A stretch of 64,000 nt of DNA, filler included, from Basidiobolus ranarum (GCA_040143965.1; 28 parts of 28 records of this genome joined end to end with filler, not necessarily neighbours in it); one strand, 5' to 3'; shown: positions 26,930 to 40,384, numbered from the whole stretch's first letter. A program made the numbers and translations. Notes: generated by a model not told the origin, from the sequence alone.

Positions 26930-27400
26930 ATTCTTTTTATGGCCTGTATAGCAACTTTGTAGTTTTTATTTATGATTGCATACAAATCATTATGGTGTTC
27001 TGCCTGTGATTCCCTTGTTATAATATTTCTATACAAATTTTCTACAGAGGGTTGTTCAATAGTTGGCAAAGTAGCCATTTTGGAAGATGATGGTGTTGAT
27101 AGTGTTTCTGTTGAACTTTCCTCAAGTATTAATTTACTGTGCAATAGGGTGATTATGATCTCTTCACTTACACTATTGCTGGAAAGGCTCACATCTGGTA
27201 AATTGATTGATGCTTCATCATTACTTAAGTTAATTCACAGCATGTTAATGCCTTCCAGAGTGGATAGTGGACAACTAGACTGCTCATCAATTAAATCCTC
27301 TGTTCTTGCTGGCTTTTTTCCTTTTGTGCCAGCAGGCTTTGGCTTGGAAGCCAATTTTGACTTAGCTCTTGGATGCTTTCTGATTGGGATAGAAACTTTC
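26930..27400 (-). pseudogene. CACTA-associated ORF2, N-terminal part
   Basis: KMATLPTIEQPSVENLYRNIITRESQAEHHNDLYAII matches 61312-61759 and 35652-35972. Confidence 0.75.
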
Positions 27401-27729
27401 AGATGGTAAACTTAGTGTAATCAAATTCCTTAGAAACAGGTTATAATAANNNNNNNNNNNNNNNNNNNNNNNNNNNNNNNNNNNNNNNNNNNNTTAATTA
27501 ATTAANNNNNNNNNNNNNNNNNNNNNNNNNNNNNNNNNNNNNNNNNNNNAATTTCCAATATGTAATTGCTAATTCTCACATAATTCACATATATATAAAA
27601 TATATGTTCCAATTTTCAGCTAAGTGATATTTGACTAAATAATGTTGACTAACTAATATGAGATATATGAAATAGTTAGGTGTATAAAGATAGGGATAAC
27701 ATATATGATAAAGACAATAAACTTCAACA

Positions 27730-29741
27730 CTAAAGGAGCTAAACTTAGCTACTGGAGCAAAGGTTTCATTAAAATCAACTCATGGAGATTGGGAATAGCC
27801 TGTTGCAATTAATCCTGCTTTGTACCTTTTATGGTTCCATCAGCTTGGTTTTTGACTTTGTGGATCCAAATTGAAGCCTATTGACTTTCTCCACAATGGT
27901 AGAGGACTTAAAACCCATGTTTTATTGTCCTGAAGTGAAGAAAACTCATCTGACATTACTTCTTCCCATAATCTTGATTTTTGACACTCCAGAGCCTGAT
28001 CTAGAGTCTGTGGCTCATCACAGAATGCTGCATAAGCATGTAAGGCATTATTAGAAGTGCTCCCCCAGTTTCTTGGCTTATTTCCCCTTCTGGTTGATCT
28101 TCCGGATCTTGAATCATCCTCTAATGTAATTGGGACTGAAATTTTTGTTGAATAGGGCTCAGATACAGCTGAAACTTTAATAGACACTTCTTGAATAATG
28201 CTGCTTGTGTTGACTGGATCAAGAACTGTGATCTTAGGTACAAAATTTGTTTGTTCATCAAAAATCACATCTCTGCACTTAATTAACTACTGATTTTTGG
28301 TATCAAACATTCTGTGGGCCTAGATTCCCCAGAGTATCCAATAAATATGCATTTTCTGCTTTTGGGTCCCAATTTAGAGCATTTTTGCGCTGATATTTGG
28401 CAATATGCTGTGCATCCAAAGATTCTGAGATGATCCACACTTGGTTTTGAACCATATAGGGCTTCAAATGAAGTAGCATTTTGTAGCAATCTTGCTTGGC
28501 ATCTGTTTTTGATATAGACTGCAGTGGAGACAGACTCAGTCAAATATTAGAAAGTTGACTTTTGATCATGTAATATTGATCTTGGCATCTCCACTATGGT
28601 TATATTATCACCTTCTGTAACTCCGTTTTGCTGTGGAGTATAAGATACAGTAGTTTGTTGCTGAATATCATGTTTAGAACAAAAGCTAGTGAAGTCTTGA
28701 GAGGGGTATCCTCCCCCATTATCACCCCTAAGTACCCTTATTTTTTGTTAAGAAACTTTCTCTACCATTCCTTTGTAGTGTGTGAGCATAGCTAAAGCTT
28801 CACATTTTGAATAAAGAAAGAATACCCAAGTTTATCTTGGTTTGTCATCAACAAAGGTCATAGACTACCATTTCCCACCTAGTGAGATGTTTTTCATGGG
28901 CCAACATAGGTCAAAATGTATCAGGGCAAAATTATCAGCTGACTTGATCTCTCTAGAACATGAAAATGGCTGTCTGTGATGTTTTCCATTTATGTAACCT
29001 TTACACAGATCCAATTTAGTGATATTTTCAGTTTCTAAGTCTGGAACAGGCTGATTTTAGATCATTTGGGTCAGTTTTTGTTCCCTAATGTGGCCTTATC
29101 TTCTATGCCACGTTTGACAGCCTATTTCACTGGTTTTGGGTAAGTTTGCATGCTCAGAATGCAATTTGATGATTTCTAGATTGTATAAGTTTTGAGTTCT
29201 GATCCCGGTAGCTCATGTGGAATTATTCTGCATCCAGCCTTGCTGAACCAAAAATTTAGTCCTTGAGTTGCTGCTTGGCTTACTGAGAGTAGATTCTTGG
29301 CTATATTTGGTGCATACAATACATCATCCAATGTTGCAAATGGTATAGCTGAATTTCGGTCTTAACCGAGCAGAACTGCACCCCAATCAACTGCATCTAG
29401 TGCATAGTAATCACATAGGTAGATTTTCTTGTTTTAATGGGTTTTGAGCTGGAAAATCCACCTTTCTTGCTTGAGATATGCTGGGAAGCTTCTGAATCAA
29501 TGTACCACATTTCTGAGTTTTCTTTGGTGGTTACTGATAGGGCAGACACAAAAAAATGATCCCTATCAGTGCTTAATTGATATTCTTGTTTCAATTTTAG
29601 CTTTCTGGCAAAAATCCTTGTTCTACAATCTTTGATTCAATGGCCTGATTTGTTGCAATACTTGCAGATGATTAATTTCCTATCAGGGGCACCATTATTG
29701 AAGCCTGTTGGACATTTTACAGCTCAAAAAATACCTGTTCT
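27730..29741 (-). mobile_element. Ty1/copia gag-pol fragment (Zn knuckle, protease, integrase, RT start)
   Basis: CKYCNKSGH knuckle, WYIDSEASQH protease, PQQNGVTE, KPSVDHLRIFGC and EFSSLQDNKTWVL. Confidence 0.92.
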
Positions 29742-30562
29742 NNNNNNNNNNNNNNNNNNNNNNNNNNNNNNNNNNNNNNNNNNNNTTAATTAATTAANNN
29801 NNNNNNNNNNNNNNNNNNNNNNNNNNNNNNNNNNNNNNNNNCTAAAATGGGAAAAAATGTCATTATAAAGCTTTTGCCTCTCTGTGAATATCCCTCCTCT
29901 GGGCCTTGTGTTAGCAGTTACACATCCTAGCCTTCTGCCTGGTGTTGTGTTCAGAACATCTGTGGGAGTAAAATGAGCTATCTTTGGGGTAATTTGGACA
30001 AGTTTGAAATTTCCAATATGGAATTGCTAATTCTCACATTATTCACATATATATAAAATATATGTCCCAATTTCCAGTTAGGTGATATTTGACTAAGAAG
30101 TGTTGATAAACTTACATGTGATATATGAAATAGGTGTATAAAGATAGCGGTAACAACTATGATAAAGACAATTAACTTCAACACAAACAAGACAAATGAC
30201 CATGTAGAATGTGTCAAAGAAGGTCCCAGGAACATGTGTATAGATATTTAGATGATGTTAATATTAATAATTTATAATTGTTATATTTGGCATATCATAG
30301 CACAGTGATATATCAATCAAGATAGTGATTAGAAAAGTCTCAAAAAACTGATTAGTGGATGGAGGGTCATAAGGAGTATTTGAGAAATGGAGGTTTTATG
30401 AGCATGATGATGCTGGGCAATTGACCAAAAATAATATACTTACCATGTTTTGCCCACATACCAAAAGCCAATAGTGAGACTATGTTGAGAACATCTGAGA
30501 AAGTAAAATTTACAATCTTTGAATTATTGAGGATGGAATTGAGATTTTCTAGTTTAACCAAT

Positions 30563-30888
30563 TAAAATTAGCATTGCTCAAATACCTATATACTCATATA
30601 TAGCTTAGTAATTAGTTGTACCAAATATGACTAATATATTACTCATGATTCTCATGATGAATTTACCTAGAAGTTCTGAGATGCATAGATTTTGATATAC
30701 TAGTGCAAGAAGTCCCAATCATTGCACACATGTTCCTGGTACCTTCCTTAGCACATTTTACATGTTAGTTTGTTTACATCTTGACAAAACTATAAATGTC
30801 AACTTTCTACTCAATAAATCAATAAGTGGAAACCACCAATTCTGTTTTTCTCCAAACCACTTCCAACAGGCTCCCAAATACTTTAGCA
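30563..30888 (+). repeat. Copia LTR family A
   Basis: Full-length match to 37632-37978 with a decayed 5' end. Confidence 0.8.
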
Positions 30889-31076
30889 AGAATTATGACC
30901 AAAAATTGATCTAAATTTGATCCAAAAACTAAGTAATTTATATTTCTGTGTTATTATACTTAAACTAAGGCCTACAGACTCTATGAGTCAAATGTTTCCA
31001 TGTTAATCAAGTCCATGCATACTTTGTTTCATAAAACTCAATGTGTTTCACCAAAAATAGAATCAGATGATGATAA

Positions 31077-31359
31077 TGTTGAAATTATTTAGGGAGAAAT
31101 ATTGGTCTGGCCAGGATTTGAGCCTGGGACCTCCTTCACTCTAGCAAGGTGCTCTAACCACTGAACTACCAGTCCTTGTATGCTATGCCTGTATTGCTAG
31201 GGAACCTTAACCTAGTCTGTCAATGTATGGTACTTTGGCATTTCAGCTTTACAAGCAACTGATTGGCCTTAGACTTTGTGTTCAGATGCAGTCACCATAC
31301 TTCATATTTTCCTCTTTGGGAATTACTGCTTGTACCACAAGTCACCAGACTTTCAAAAA
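31077..31359 (-). mobile_element. ~280-bp LTR-like insertion containing a tRNA-derived module
   Basis: Absent from the paralogous copia copy (~46800-46840); termini TGTTGAAA / TTTCAAAA; cloverleaf at 31103-31175. Confidence 0.7.
31103..31175 (-). tRNA. tRNA-like sequence (loop reads AGA, short variable loop), probably non-decoding
   Basis: GGACTGG TA GTTC AGTGGTTA GAGC A CCTTG CTAGAGT GAAGG AGGTC CCAGG CTCAAAT CCTGG CCAGACC A; one mismatch each in acceptor and anticodon stems; T-loop CTC instead of TTC. Confidence 0.75.
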
Positions 31360-31920
31360 ATTAAAACTCAATTTTCTCCTGATCTAATCACCCAAGTTTA
31401 CTCAAACTAAAACAAATAAAGAAAATAACATTTCTATGGACCCTTCAACCAGAATTCAGCCTACTGAAGTGCCCAATGCAACACCAGAAGTTGTAGCAAC
31501 TCTATCTCCAGCCAGGAGATTGTATTGCACCAGTATTAGCCCTGATTACCATATCAATGAGTTCAAAATTGGGCCTATGCCCACACAGATGAGTTACAAG
31601 TACCCCAGACTGTACAAGAAGCCCTAAATGGCCCTCACAAAAAATTTTGGAGACCTGCAATGACTGATGAGTACCATACTCTAAGGGATAATAAACTTGA
31701 ATATTAATCTACCTACCTGATGATAGAAATTCAATTGGCTACCAGTGGCTGTTTAAAGATATATTCATCTCTAATGGCACTATAGTAAGGGATAAGACTA
31801 GGCTAGTAGCCAAAGGCTATTATCAAATGCCAGGAATAGATTATACAGAAACTTTTGCCTCTGTAGCAAAGTTTAATTCTATCAGATTGATTATAGCAAT
31901 TTCAGCTAAATATCAGTTTA

Positions 31921-32033
31921 TTTCATGATTCTGATCTCGGCATACTGATCCACTGCATATGGAACTCTTCTATTATTAGATTATGACATCATATCTACTA
32001 TGCCATCCCTTCCTGGCAATCTGGTGTCAGTTC
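31921..32033 (+). repeat. Chromovirus LTR 5' fragment
   Basis: Matches the start of 58574-59108. Confidence 0.8.
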
Positions 32034-32135
32034 NNNNNNNNNNNNNNNNNNNNNNNNNNNNNNNNNNNNNNNNNNNNTTAATTAATTAANNNNNNNNNNN
32101 NNNNNNNNNNNNNNNNNNNNNNNNNNNNNNNNNTT

Positions 32136-32507
32136 GCTGGTTCCTTGAAACTTTTCTTGGCTCAATATCGTGAAGTCGCTGCTTTCGCTCAGTTCGGTTC
32201 CGATTTGGATGCTTCCACCCAGTTCTTACTCAACCGTGGTGCCCGTCTCACTGAATTATTGAAACAACCCCAATACAGACCTCTTCCCGTCGAACAACAA
32301 GTTGCTATTATCTTCGCCGGTGTCAACGGTTTCTTAGATAAGGTTGACGTCAAGCGTATTGTTGAGTTCGAAAGTGCTTTCCTTCCCTACATGAACTCCA
32401 ACCACTCTGACATCCTTGAAGCTATCAAGACTGAGGGACAAATCACCGAAGCAACCGAGAAGAAGCTCCGTACTGTCATTCCTGACTTTGTTAAAACTTT
32501 CATTTAA
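32136..32507 (+). CDS. ATP1: Mitochondrial F1 ATP synthase alpha subunit, C-terminal part (5'-truncated)
   Basis: [47 protein letters not shown]; intact frame to TAA. Confidence 0.97.
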   Translation, partial: AGSLKLFLAQYREVAAFAQFGSDLDASTQFLLNRGARLTELLKQPQYRPLPVEQQVAIIFAGVNGFLDKVDVKRIVEFESAFLPYMNSNHSDILEAIKTEGQITEATEKKLRTVIPDFVKTFI

Positions 32508-33753
32508 ACAATTGGCATATTTCAATAACTTTCTCGATTACTGCATATTTAAACGTCCCCAATTCCCTTCATTTTTATTAAGCTCATGAAACAATTGTTA
32601 ATCCATTGAAAGGGAACAATATCTCATCTGTAAGTTTTTAAAAACCATTCAAGTTCAGGTTTTAGCACCCTCCACCCTCTTTCACTTCACAACGATTGAG
32701 GAATAAAATATCTGATAAACATACGCGTCCAATGCAATTAAGTCTTCTTTTAATGGGCAAGTTGTCAGAATAGTGATATTTATAGGGCCCAAGCTGCAAG
32801 TTGCATTATAAATTAGCAAACAATGGAATTTCCCATGTCATACCTCCACCAAACAAGATCTTCACCAATTATAGCCACATTAGGGCATTGGTCATACTTT
32901 CTTCCAGAATTCCTTAGCACCGACAGTAACATGGCTGGGTTGGTGATGAGCAAAGGGCATCAATTTTCTCCTTGCATTCGTGTAAAATGGTGTGTTACCG
33001 CAGTGTATGGTCATATTTCAACTAGATATTGGACAACCTCCGTTAACATTCGTGTCTGCCATGAGTTATGTAATCTTTGATCGACAGCTTTTGCCTTCAT
33101 CGTTAATATTGGGATTTTCACTTCGGTTGGATGGAAATTTGATTATTTAACATGGTTCGTGGAATTTTTAATCATTGAAAAGCGCGTATCATAGCCCTAG
33201 TAGGCCAATGGGATGAGCGTAAACTGGAATCTGATTAAAAATCAATTATCGAGAAGTATTGGAATTCCATGGATTTTCCATTCGAATTATTTGATTTTGG
33301 CTCACCTTTTGGTGGTCTAATCATCTAAAGCCTTTCGTTGCACCCCCGAACTTCTAAGTTTATCTGACAAGTGAGCCTACTTGTAAACAAACGAATAACT
33401 TTGCCCTTCTTAGTTAACGTTAGACTTGTGTATCAATTTTGTATACGTACGTCTACTTGAAAGGAGTATACAATACGTTAGTTGGTTTTTTGTATCTTTT
33501 CACTCAATTAACATATATTTCGAGGTTCGTTTTGGTTCTACTTTTAACCTTCACTTTTTCTCCCTTGCTTACTTTACTCTTCTGCTCACTCTAGGTTTGA
33601 TCTTCTTGGAGATCCGAACAAACCTACTTTCACTCACATAGGATAGTAATATTCTCGCGAGGGACACGTGAATAGCTAGTTCTTAAACGCGACCAAAGCT
33701 ATTTTGATACCTTTGAATTCATCATCTCAGCACATAAACCTCCTAATATAATC

Positions 33754-34311
33754 ATGGCGCAAGCATCAGCGAAAAACGTTTGGGAAGGCGATAAAATGTA
33801 AAGTATATTAAAGTATATAAAGGAATGCTTTCCCTTTTATACTAACGCGTTTTGAACTCGTGTGTTTTAGGCTTAATATATATATTTATGATTATTGTCT
33901 GAAGCGTAACTGGAATACCGCTGCACAGGCTTTTTTGAACGAGGCCCAAGTGGCCCGTGACTCACAGGTTCCCATAGACTCACCTAACGGTTTCCTTTAC
34001 GAATGGTGGGCAGTCTTTTGGGATATTTTTTCCGCTAAAACCAATAAATCCGGTAGTAAGGATGCTCAGGCTTTTGTCGAGGTATGGTTTATCTAATAAT
34101 TCCCCTTTTATTCTTCTTTCCTTTCTTTTATTGAAACCTAAAGTTGTTCCCAAAGTAACCTTGTTTGCAAGACAACTTGAGTTCTAGCGTTATTCTTATC
34201 TATTTCACTATTTTATAAATGTTGTTATTGAATTAGCTGGTTTAATCTATCTTACAGGCACAAAATATCAAGAATCAAAGAGGACAACTAAGTCAACAGC
34301 AACATTTATAA
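33754..34311 (+). CDS. LisH/LUFS-domain transcriptional regulator (Flo8/Mss11/SSDP family); exons 33754-33797, 33871-34081, 34258-34311
   Basis: WEGDKMLNIYIYDYCLKR...IDSPNGFLYEWWAVFWDIF; GT-AG introns, TACTAAC branch at 33840. Exon 3 is less certain. Confidence 0.88.
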
Positions 34312-34424
34312 AATAGTGAAATAGNNNNNNNNNNNNNNNNNNNNNNNNNNNNNNNNNNNNNNNNNNNNTTAATTAATTAANNNNNNNNNNNNNNNNNNNN
34401 NNNNNNNNNNNNNNNNNNNNNNNN

Positions 34425-35283
34425 GGAGACTCCAGAGTATATTAAACTGCCAACAAAGGGCTCTTTTCAATGTGCTCATGTGGTTTTGCATTGTTTGAGC
34501 ACAATAACAGCAACAAAGCCCAATCCATGGACACAGAGTAAGTACCTCTATAATTGGACTAATTTGCTTGTGTGATAATCTCACTGTATATTTGGGGAAG
34601 CTGTAAGACAGACTTCTTGGTGAGATAGATGGAGATAGGCAGTATTATTGTTTTAGCCATAGGGCAATCAAATTGTCTAATGACACATCTACTTATGGCA
34701 GGACATTTGCTGACAGCAAGTTGGGGATATGTTGGCTGAATTCTTTATGTAAATTTGCCAAAATCCAAGAGCTTATTCTCATTGTGAATGGTAACAAGAG
34801 TAAGCTATTTGCCAAGTGTCAGTGCTATTCAAAATTTCAGATGTTGAGTGTTTTTTCCACCATTAGTTTGCTGGTAAAGCATATTGCTGTTGTTTTGTAA
34901 TGTCTCATCAGTCAAGTGTGTGCATATGTAGAGACTAAACACAACCAGATTCTTGTATTTTTTTATTCTCATTATGGCTGGAATACAAAGCCTAAAATAT
35001 ATAAGTAAAGGAAATGCATACTAATTTGAAATCCAACCACAGTAAACACAGGATTTGCCATTCAAAAATTAGATTTTTCCAAAAAATGCTGGATATTGAA
35101 TAACACATGCCCAATTTGAGGATCAATATTTTAACATGTATGAATACCATCAAGAAACCACCAATAACCAATCAAAATCCTTGGCAGAATCCAAGCCACC
35201 AATATTGTGACAGTTCTCTGACAATTTTGCTACTTCAGAGGGTGGATCTGATCCAGATCAAATCAATTTTATTTTTGTCAGGA
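34425..35283 (+). mobile_element. CACTA transposase 3' end and downstream terminus
   Basis: Matches 26030-26904; ends TCAATTTTATTTTTGTCAGG. Confidence 0.85.
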
Positions 35284-36060
35284 CTCCTACATAAGGGTGC
35301 TATTTTAGGTATAGCCCATCAATATCATAAGCTGATTCTTAGATGGTGTCAGGTAAGGATTAGGGTTAGTTTCTGTTCAAGGGTGGCAATTTTGTTTAAA
35401 TATAAGCTGTTTCTTAGCAATTTGATTGCACCAAGTTTACCATCTAAAAACTTGAATGCTATACAATAAGAGTTAAAAATCTCAGTCATAATAGGCTTTG
35501 AAGCCAAAGCCTGCTGGCAGGAAAGAAAAAAACAGCAAGAACAGAGGACTTAATTGATGAGCAGTCTAGCAATACGCTATCCACTTTGGAAGGCATTAAC
35601 ATGCCAGAAACTAACTGAAGCAATGATGAAGCATTTACCAATATACCAGATATGCTCCATTCTATAGGTAGTGCAAGGGAAGAGATTGTAATACCCCCAT
35701 CATATAGTGAATCAATAGTTGAGCAAAGTTCAACCAAAATACCATTAAGACAATCAGCTTGCAAAACAGCTACCTTGCCAGCTATTGAACAACCCTCTGC
35801 AGAAAATTTGGCCAGAATTATTACAACATGGGATTTGCAGGCAGAACACCATAATGATTTGTATGCAATGATAAGTAAAAACTATGAAGTTGCTATAGAG
35901 GGCATGACAAGTAATAACACCACAATATCAAAATTAATGCAGCATTCAGAAGCAACTACTCAACAGTTATAAGCTCACTCAACAATGATACAAGAACTTC
36001 AGAAAGCTGTACTTGAGTTCCAGCACCATGCTGCTCCCTCCATCCATTCTCACATGGGAT
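35284..36060 (+). pseudogene. CACTA intergenic segment plus ORF2 copy
   Basis: Matches ~61125-61759 and continues GMTSNNTTISKLMQHSEATTQQL. Confidence 0.75.
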
Positions 36061-36231
36061 TGATTGTTCAAGCAAACTCCATCTCCTAATCCATATTTGC
36101 CAATCTGCAAAGTATTCAACTCATCAGCAGCCCAAATCCTGAAAACATTGATGAAGCCAATATCCATTGACAATGTTGCTGCAGAGCTGAAACCAGCAAA
36201 ACCTATGGTTCACAAGCTCCCACCCAAATAC

Positions 36232-36543
36232 TGTTGAATTTAGGTAAATAGCAACTCTTTATTTAGTAGTTAGTTTATTCATATTCAGATAATTTAGCAC
36301 TCAATTCTGTTATTCAAAAACGTGTGTTTATTGCTCTAATTGATAGAAATATCAATCAGATCACTTTTACCAATTTTCACCCATGCTTAACAGGCATGTT
36401 TGTTATGATCTAAGCATGTCCAATAGTCCTCTTTAATAGTAAACTATAAATAGGACATATTCAATCCAATAAAACTCAAGTGTCCAATTCACAAATCCAA
36501 ATCTTGTCCAAAACACTTCCAAATCCCCTAAACACTTTTATCA
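36232..36543 (+). repeat. Solo copia LTR-B with 5-bp TSD AATAC, inside a gypsy pol fragment
   Basis: AATAC at 36227-36231 and 36544-36548; rejoined flanks read KLPPKYLAFADIFDKKKSDILPAHCPYD (gypsy RT N-terminus). Confidence 0.92.
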
Positions 36544-36714
36544 AATACTTAGCCTTTGCTGATATCTTTGACAAGAAGAAGTCTGATATACTCCCAGCTC
36601 ACTGCCCATATGATNNNNNNNNNNNNNNNNNNNNNNNNNNNNNNNNNNNNNNNNNNNNTTAATTAATTAANNNNNNNNNNNNNNNNNNNNNNNNNNNNNN
36701 NNNNNNNNNNNNNN

Positions 36715-37978
36715 CAGGGGAGATGCCTGCACATTGGATGCCATTGGCATTGGCACAATTCAAGTCAATTTAACTGGAGCTTCTGAAGGGAAAGTGTACA
36801 CTTTTAAGGACGTACTACATTTTCCAGATATTGCCAAGAACTTAATATCTGCATGCAAGACCACCTCAATAGGCTAAGTTTCAATTTTGATAAGTGAGTA
36901 TACACCACCACTGATCAAAATGGGATTTATTTAGCTTAAGGAGAAAAGGATCAGAACTTTTACAAACTTATGTATAATCCAAGATGTTTGTGTAAATATA
37001 AGTTATTCCAATCAACAAACTATTCAATTATGACAGAAGAGATTTGGCCATATTGGATTTGATTATTTCAGCTAAATGATCAAAAATTACTTAATTTATG
37101 GAGCTCAAATTAACTCCCCAACCAAAATAGAAATTTGTGATGTTTATATATATGGAAAAAAAGCCAGGCAGCTGTTAAAGAGTTCTAGTTTAATCATATC
37201 TGTCAAAATATTGGATCTAATTCATTCAGATTTGTATAGACCTATGCATAATTTATGTATAGGTGGGAAAAGCTATTTAATCACACTTATTGCTGTTTAT
37301 ACAAGAAACACTTGGGTCTACTATATGGAAAGAAATGAAGAGGCTCTCTCTATCTATAGTGAATTAAAACACTTGCTGAGACTGTAACTGGAACTAAAGT
37401 AAAGAAAATATGCACTGATAATGGTACAGCATATACTTCAATACTATTTAGGCACTTTTGCAAACTTGATTGAATTAAGCAAGAAACTACTGCTCCCAGT
37501 GTGTCAAAATTATGACCAAAAAATGGGCTCAAATTTAATCCAAAAAGAAAGAAATGCCTAATTTTGGGTTATTCTACTCAAACTAGACCTTTATTAGGGT
37601 TAGTTTATATGACTATTTAGTTGAGGGAGAGTGTTGAAATTAGCATTGCCTGACCACCTATATAGTCATATGTAGCTTAGTACTTAGTTATCTTATAGTT
37701 GACTAAGATATTACTAATTATTCTCAATCATAATTCACTCAGAATATTTTACCAACTTAGAAGCTCTCAGCTATATAGATTTTTCAAACTTGTGCTGGAA
37801 GCCTCAAACTTTGCACACATGTTCCTAGGACCTTCCTTAACACATTCTTCACTTTGGTTTGTATACATCTTGACAAAACTATGAATGTCAACTCTCTACT
37901 CATTAAATCAATAAGTCAAGACCACCAATTGCTTCAATTCTCCAAACCACTTCCAACAGGCTCTCAAACAATTAAGCA
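36715..37978 (+). mobile_element. Internally deleted copia (protease-integrase fragment, PPT, 3' LTR-A 37632-37978)
   Basis: LDLIHSDL...YLITLI; AGTTGAGGGAGAG directly before TGTTGAAATTAGC. Confidence 0.87.
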
Positions 37979-38563
37979 ATAAGTGCACAAAATTGGCTTT
38001 AGTTTTGCCCATTGAGTCAACTAGCTGTGCTTTAACTAAAAGTTTTGGTAACACTACTGAAAGTCAAGATACCATGGAATTACCACAGTTATATGACCAG
38101 AATGATGTAGGTAGAAATGCAACTTTGTTTATACCTTAAGTGCAGACAACTTTGAGGACATGCTGCTGGATGCTGCCCTTGCTTATTCCAGTACTGATGG
38201 TAGTATATATGAAGATGAAGAAGAAGACACCGGTTTTGTTATGACTCTTTGCTATTAGCAAGCATTAGTCCACCAATAACTTTGACAGTAAAGGAAGCAG
38301 CTTTGATTATTGAGCAGTGGAGAGTTCAATCCAAACTCATCAACTAGGTGTTTGTTGGTTTTCTTACACTTTCGACACAGTTGATTGGCAACTGTTGCTT
38401 GCCACAGAACTGGTACAAGTGGCAAGCACTTGTCAAATGTATGGCTTATAACCATTCAGTAATTGAACTACCTTGCTGCCCAAATGGTTGTTTGGCTTTC
38501 ACTAGTGATCCAAAAAACTTGAAGTCATGTACTGTCTGTTATATTTAGCAATTCCCAAACACC
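37979..38563 (+). mobile_element. CACTA transposase N-terminal fragment
   Basis: QLIGNCCLPQNWYKW...LPCCPNGCLAFTSDPKNLKSCTVC; followed by a chromovirus LTR start (38564) and a CACTA terminus (38699). Confidence 0.82.
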
Positions 38564-40384
38564 TGTCATGATTTCAATCTTGGCATACTCATCCACTGCA
38601 AATGGAACTCTTCTTTCATAAGATTATGACATCATATCTACTATGCCATCCTTTCTTTACAATCTTGTGCTAGTTCATCCTGGTTACCTCATACAGAACC
38701 CTAACAAAAATTAAATCAATTTGATCCGGATTGGATCCACCCTCCAAAATAGCAAAACCGTCAGAGAACTGTCACAATATTGCTGGCTTGCATTCTGCCA
38801 GGGATTTTGATGGTGTGACAGTGGTTTCTTGACAGTATCTTAATGGTATTCATACATGTTAAAATATTGATCCTCAAATTTGGCATGCGTTATTCAATAA
38901 CCAGNNNNNNNNNNNNNNNNNNNNNNNNNNNNNNNNNNNNNNNNNNNNTTAATTAATTAANNNNNNNNNNNNNNNNNNNNNNNNNNNNNNNNNNNNNNNN
39001 NNNNCATCTGTGGGAGTACAATGAGCTATCTTTGGGGCAATTTGGACAAGTTTGAAATTTCCAATATGGAATTGCTAATTCTCACATTATTCACATATAT
39101 ATATAATATATGTTCAATTTTCAGCTAAGTGATATTTGACTAAGTAATGTTAACTTACTTATATGTGATATATGAAATAGTTAGGTGTATAAAGATAGAG
39201 CTAACAAATATGATAAAGACAATAAACTTCAACAGAATCAAGCCACTGAAAGTGTCTAAGGACCGATAAGCCACAATCCAATGTTGAGCTCTCTGCTGAA
39301 TAATATGCAGGGGCCTGACAAAAGATTATATTTTCTCCCGCTGCCTTTGAGAATGCTCAGATAAAAAGTTTTTATCTAATTAGAAACAGCAATAAGCTCA
39401 GCTGGCCAGGTCTTGACCAAGGATGCACGAGTAGTAAATTACCCCAAGATATGAAATAGGTCCTTGCCTGTGCAAACAAAGCTAGGGAAATATATATAAT
39501 GCATCCAAAATATGGCACCTACCTTTCAGTAATTTATTTGAGCCAGTCAAGTCATTTCCAGTCACACAGTAGCCAGTAAGTGTCTGTCGGAGTCTCTTTG
39601 AGCTTCCTCCTTAAAGGTCCAGTAGGCAGTGAAGAAAATAAAGGATGATCACAAGTAGCAATTGTTAGTTGAAAACCAGGATGATTTTTATTGCATATAT
39701 ATGGCTCATATTTATCTTTCCTGTATATAGAATGGATTAGTAACAGAATTTCTGCAAAGTTCCAGAGAATTTTATTTGCAAGGATTGGGAAATATGCTAC
39801 CATGTTAAATCACATTGTTATTAATCCATGGAAAGCTCTGGAAGGTTGTAGAATAATCCAGAAACTCAAGTAAATATATGGAAGAAACTAGTTTAAATTC
39901 ATCAACTCTCAGTCAGTTATCAAGTATTCCAAGAATCTTTTAGAATGTTCTAGTACATTTAGGGAATTTCCAGAAAATGAAAGGGTAAATGTGGGTTAAT
40001 AACAATATATTTTAAATAATAGGAGATAGTACTTATAGTGTGATAAGGGTGGCTTGTAAATATAGATAAGGTGAATATGGAAAAAAAATTGAGATATTAA
40101 AATAGTAATATATAAGCTGGGAACAGAAATAAGTCAACCTGCCAGTTGATACTAATGCAGCCCTTCAATAATGCTGAAATGGTTAAGTCTTTCCAGGCAC
40201 TAAGTCAAACTTACAGCCCTCAAACAAGTAAGATTGTATGTTATCCTGGTAGTGTAACATAGTAATCAGCAAGGGACTTTTAATTTTACATAAAGAGTGT
40301 GCTGTTCCATCTGCAATAGAACCTCCAGTGGCTAGATCAGGCACTGAGTAGTTTCCTGCTTTGATGGCAAATTGAGATGATATT

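Larger units (their letters stand above)
30890..31920 (+). mobile_element. Ty1/copia integrase C-terminus to RT start
   Basis: Similar to 46660-46974; RLVAKGYYQMPGIDYTETFASVAKFNSIRL. Confidence 0.85.

Noticed and set aside
34309-34311. TAA read as Gln (alternative genetic code)
   Set aside because: ATP1, the cyclin and the CSNAP-like gene end at TAA, and the long Hsp70 frame has no internal TAA/TAG.
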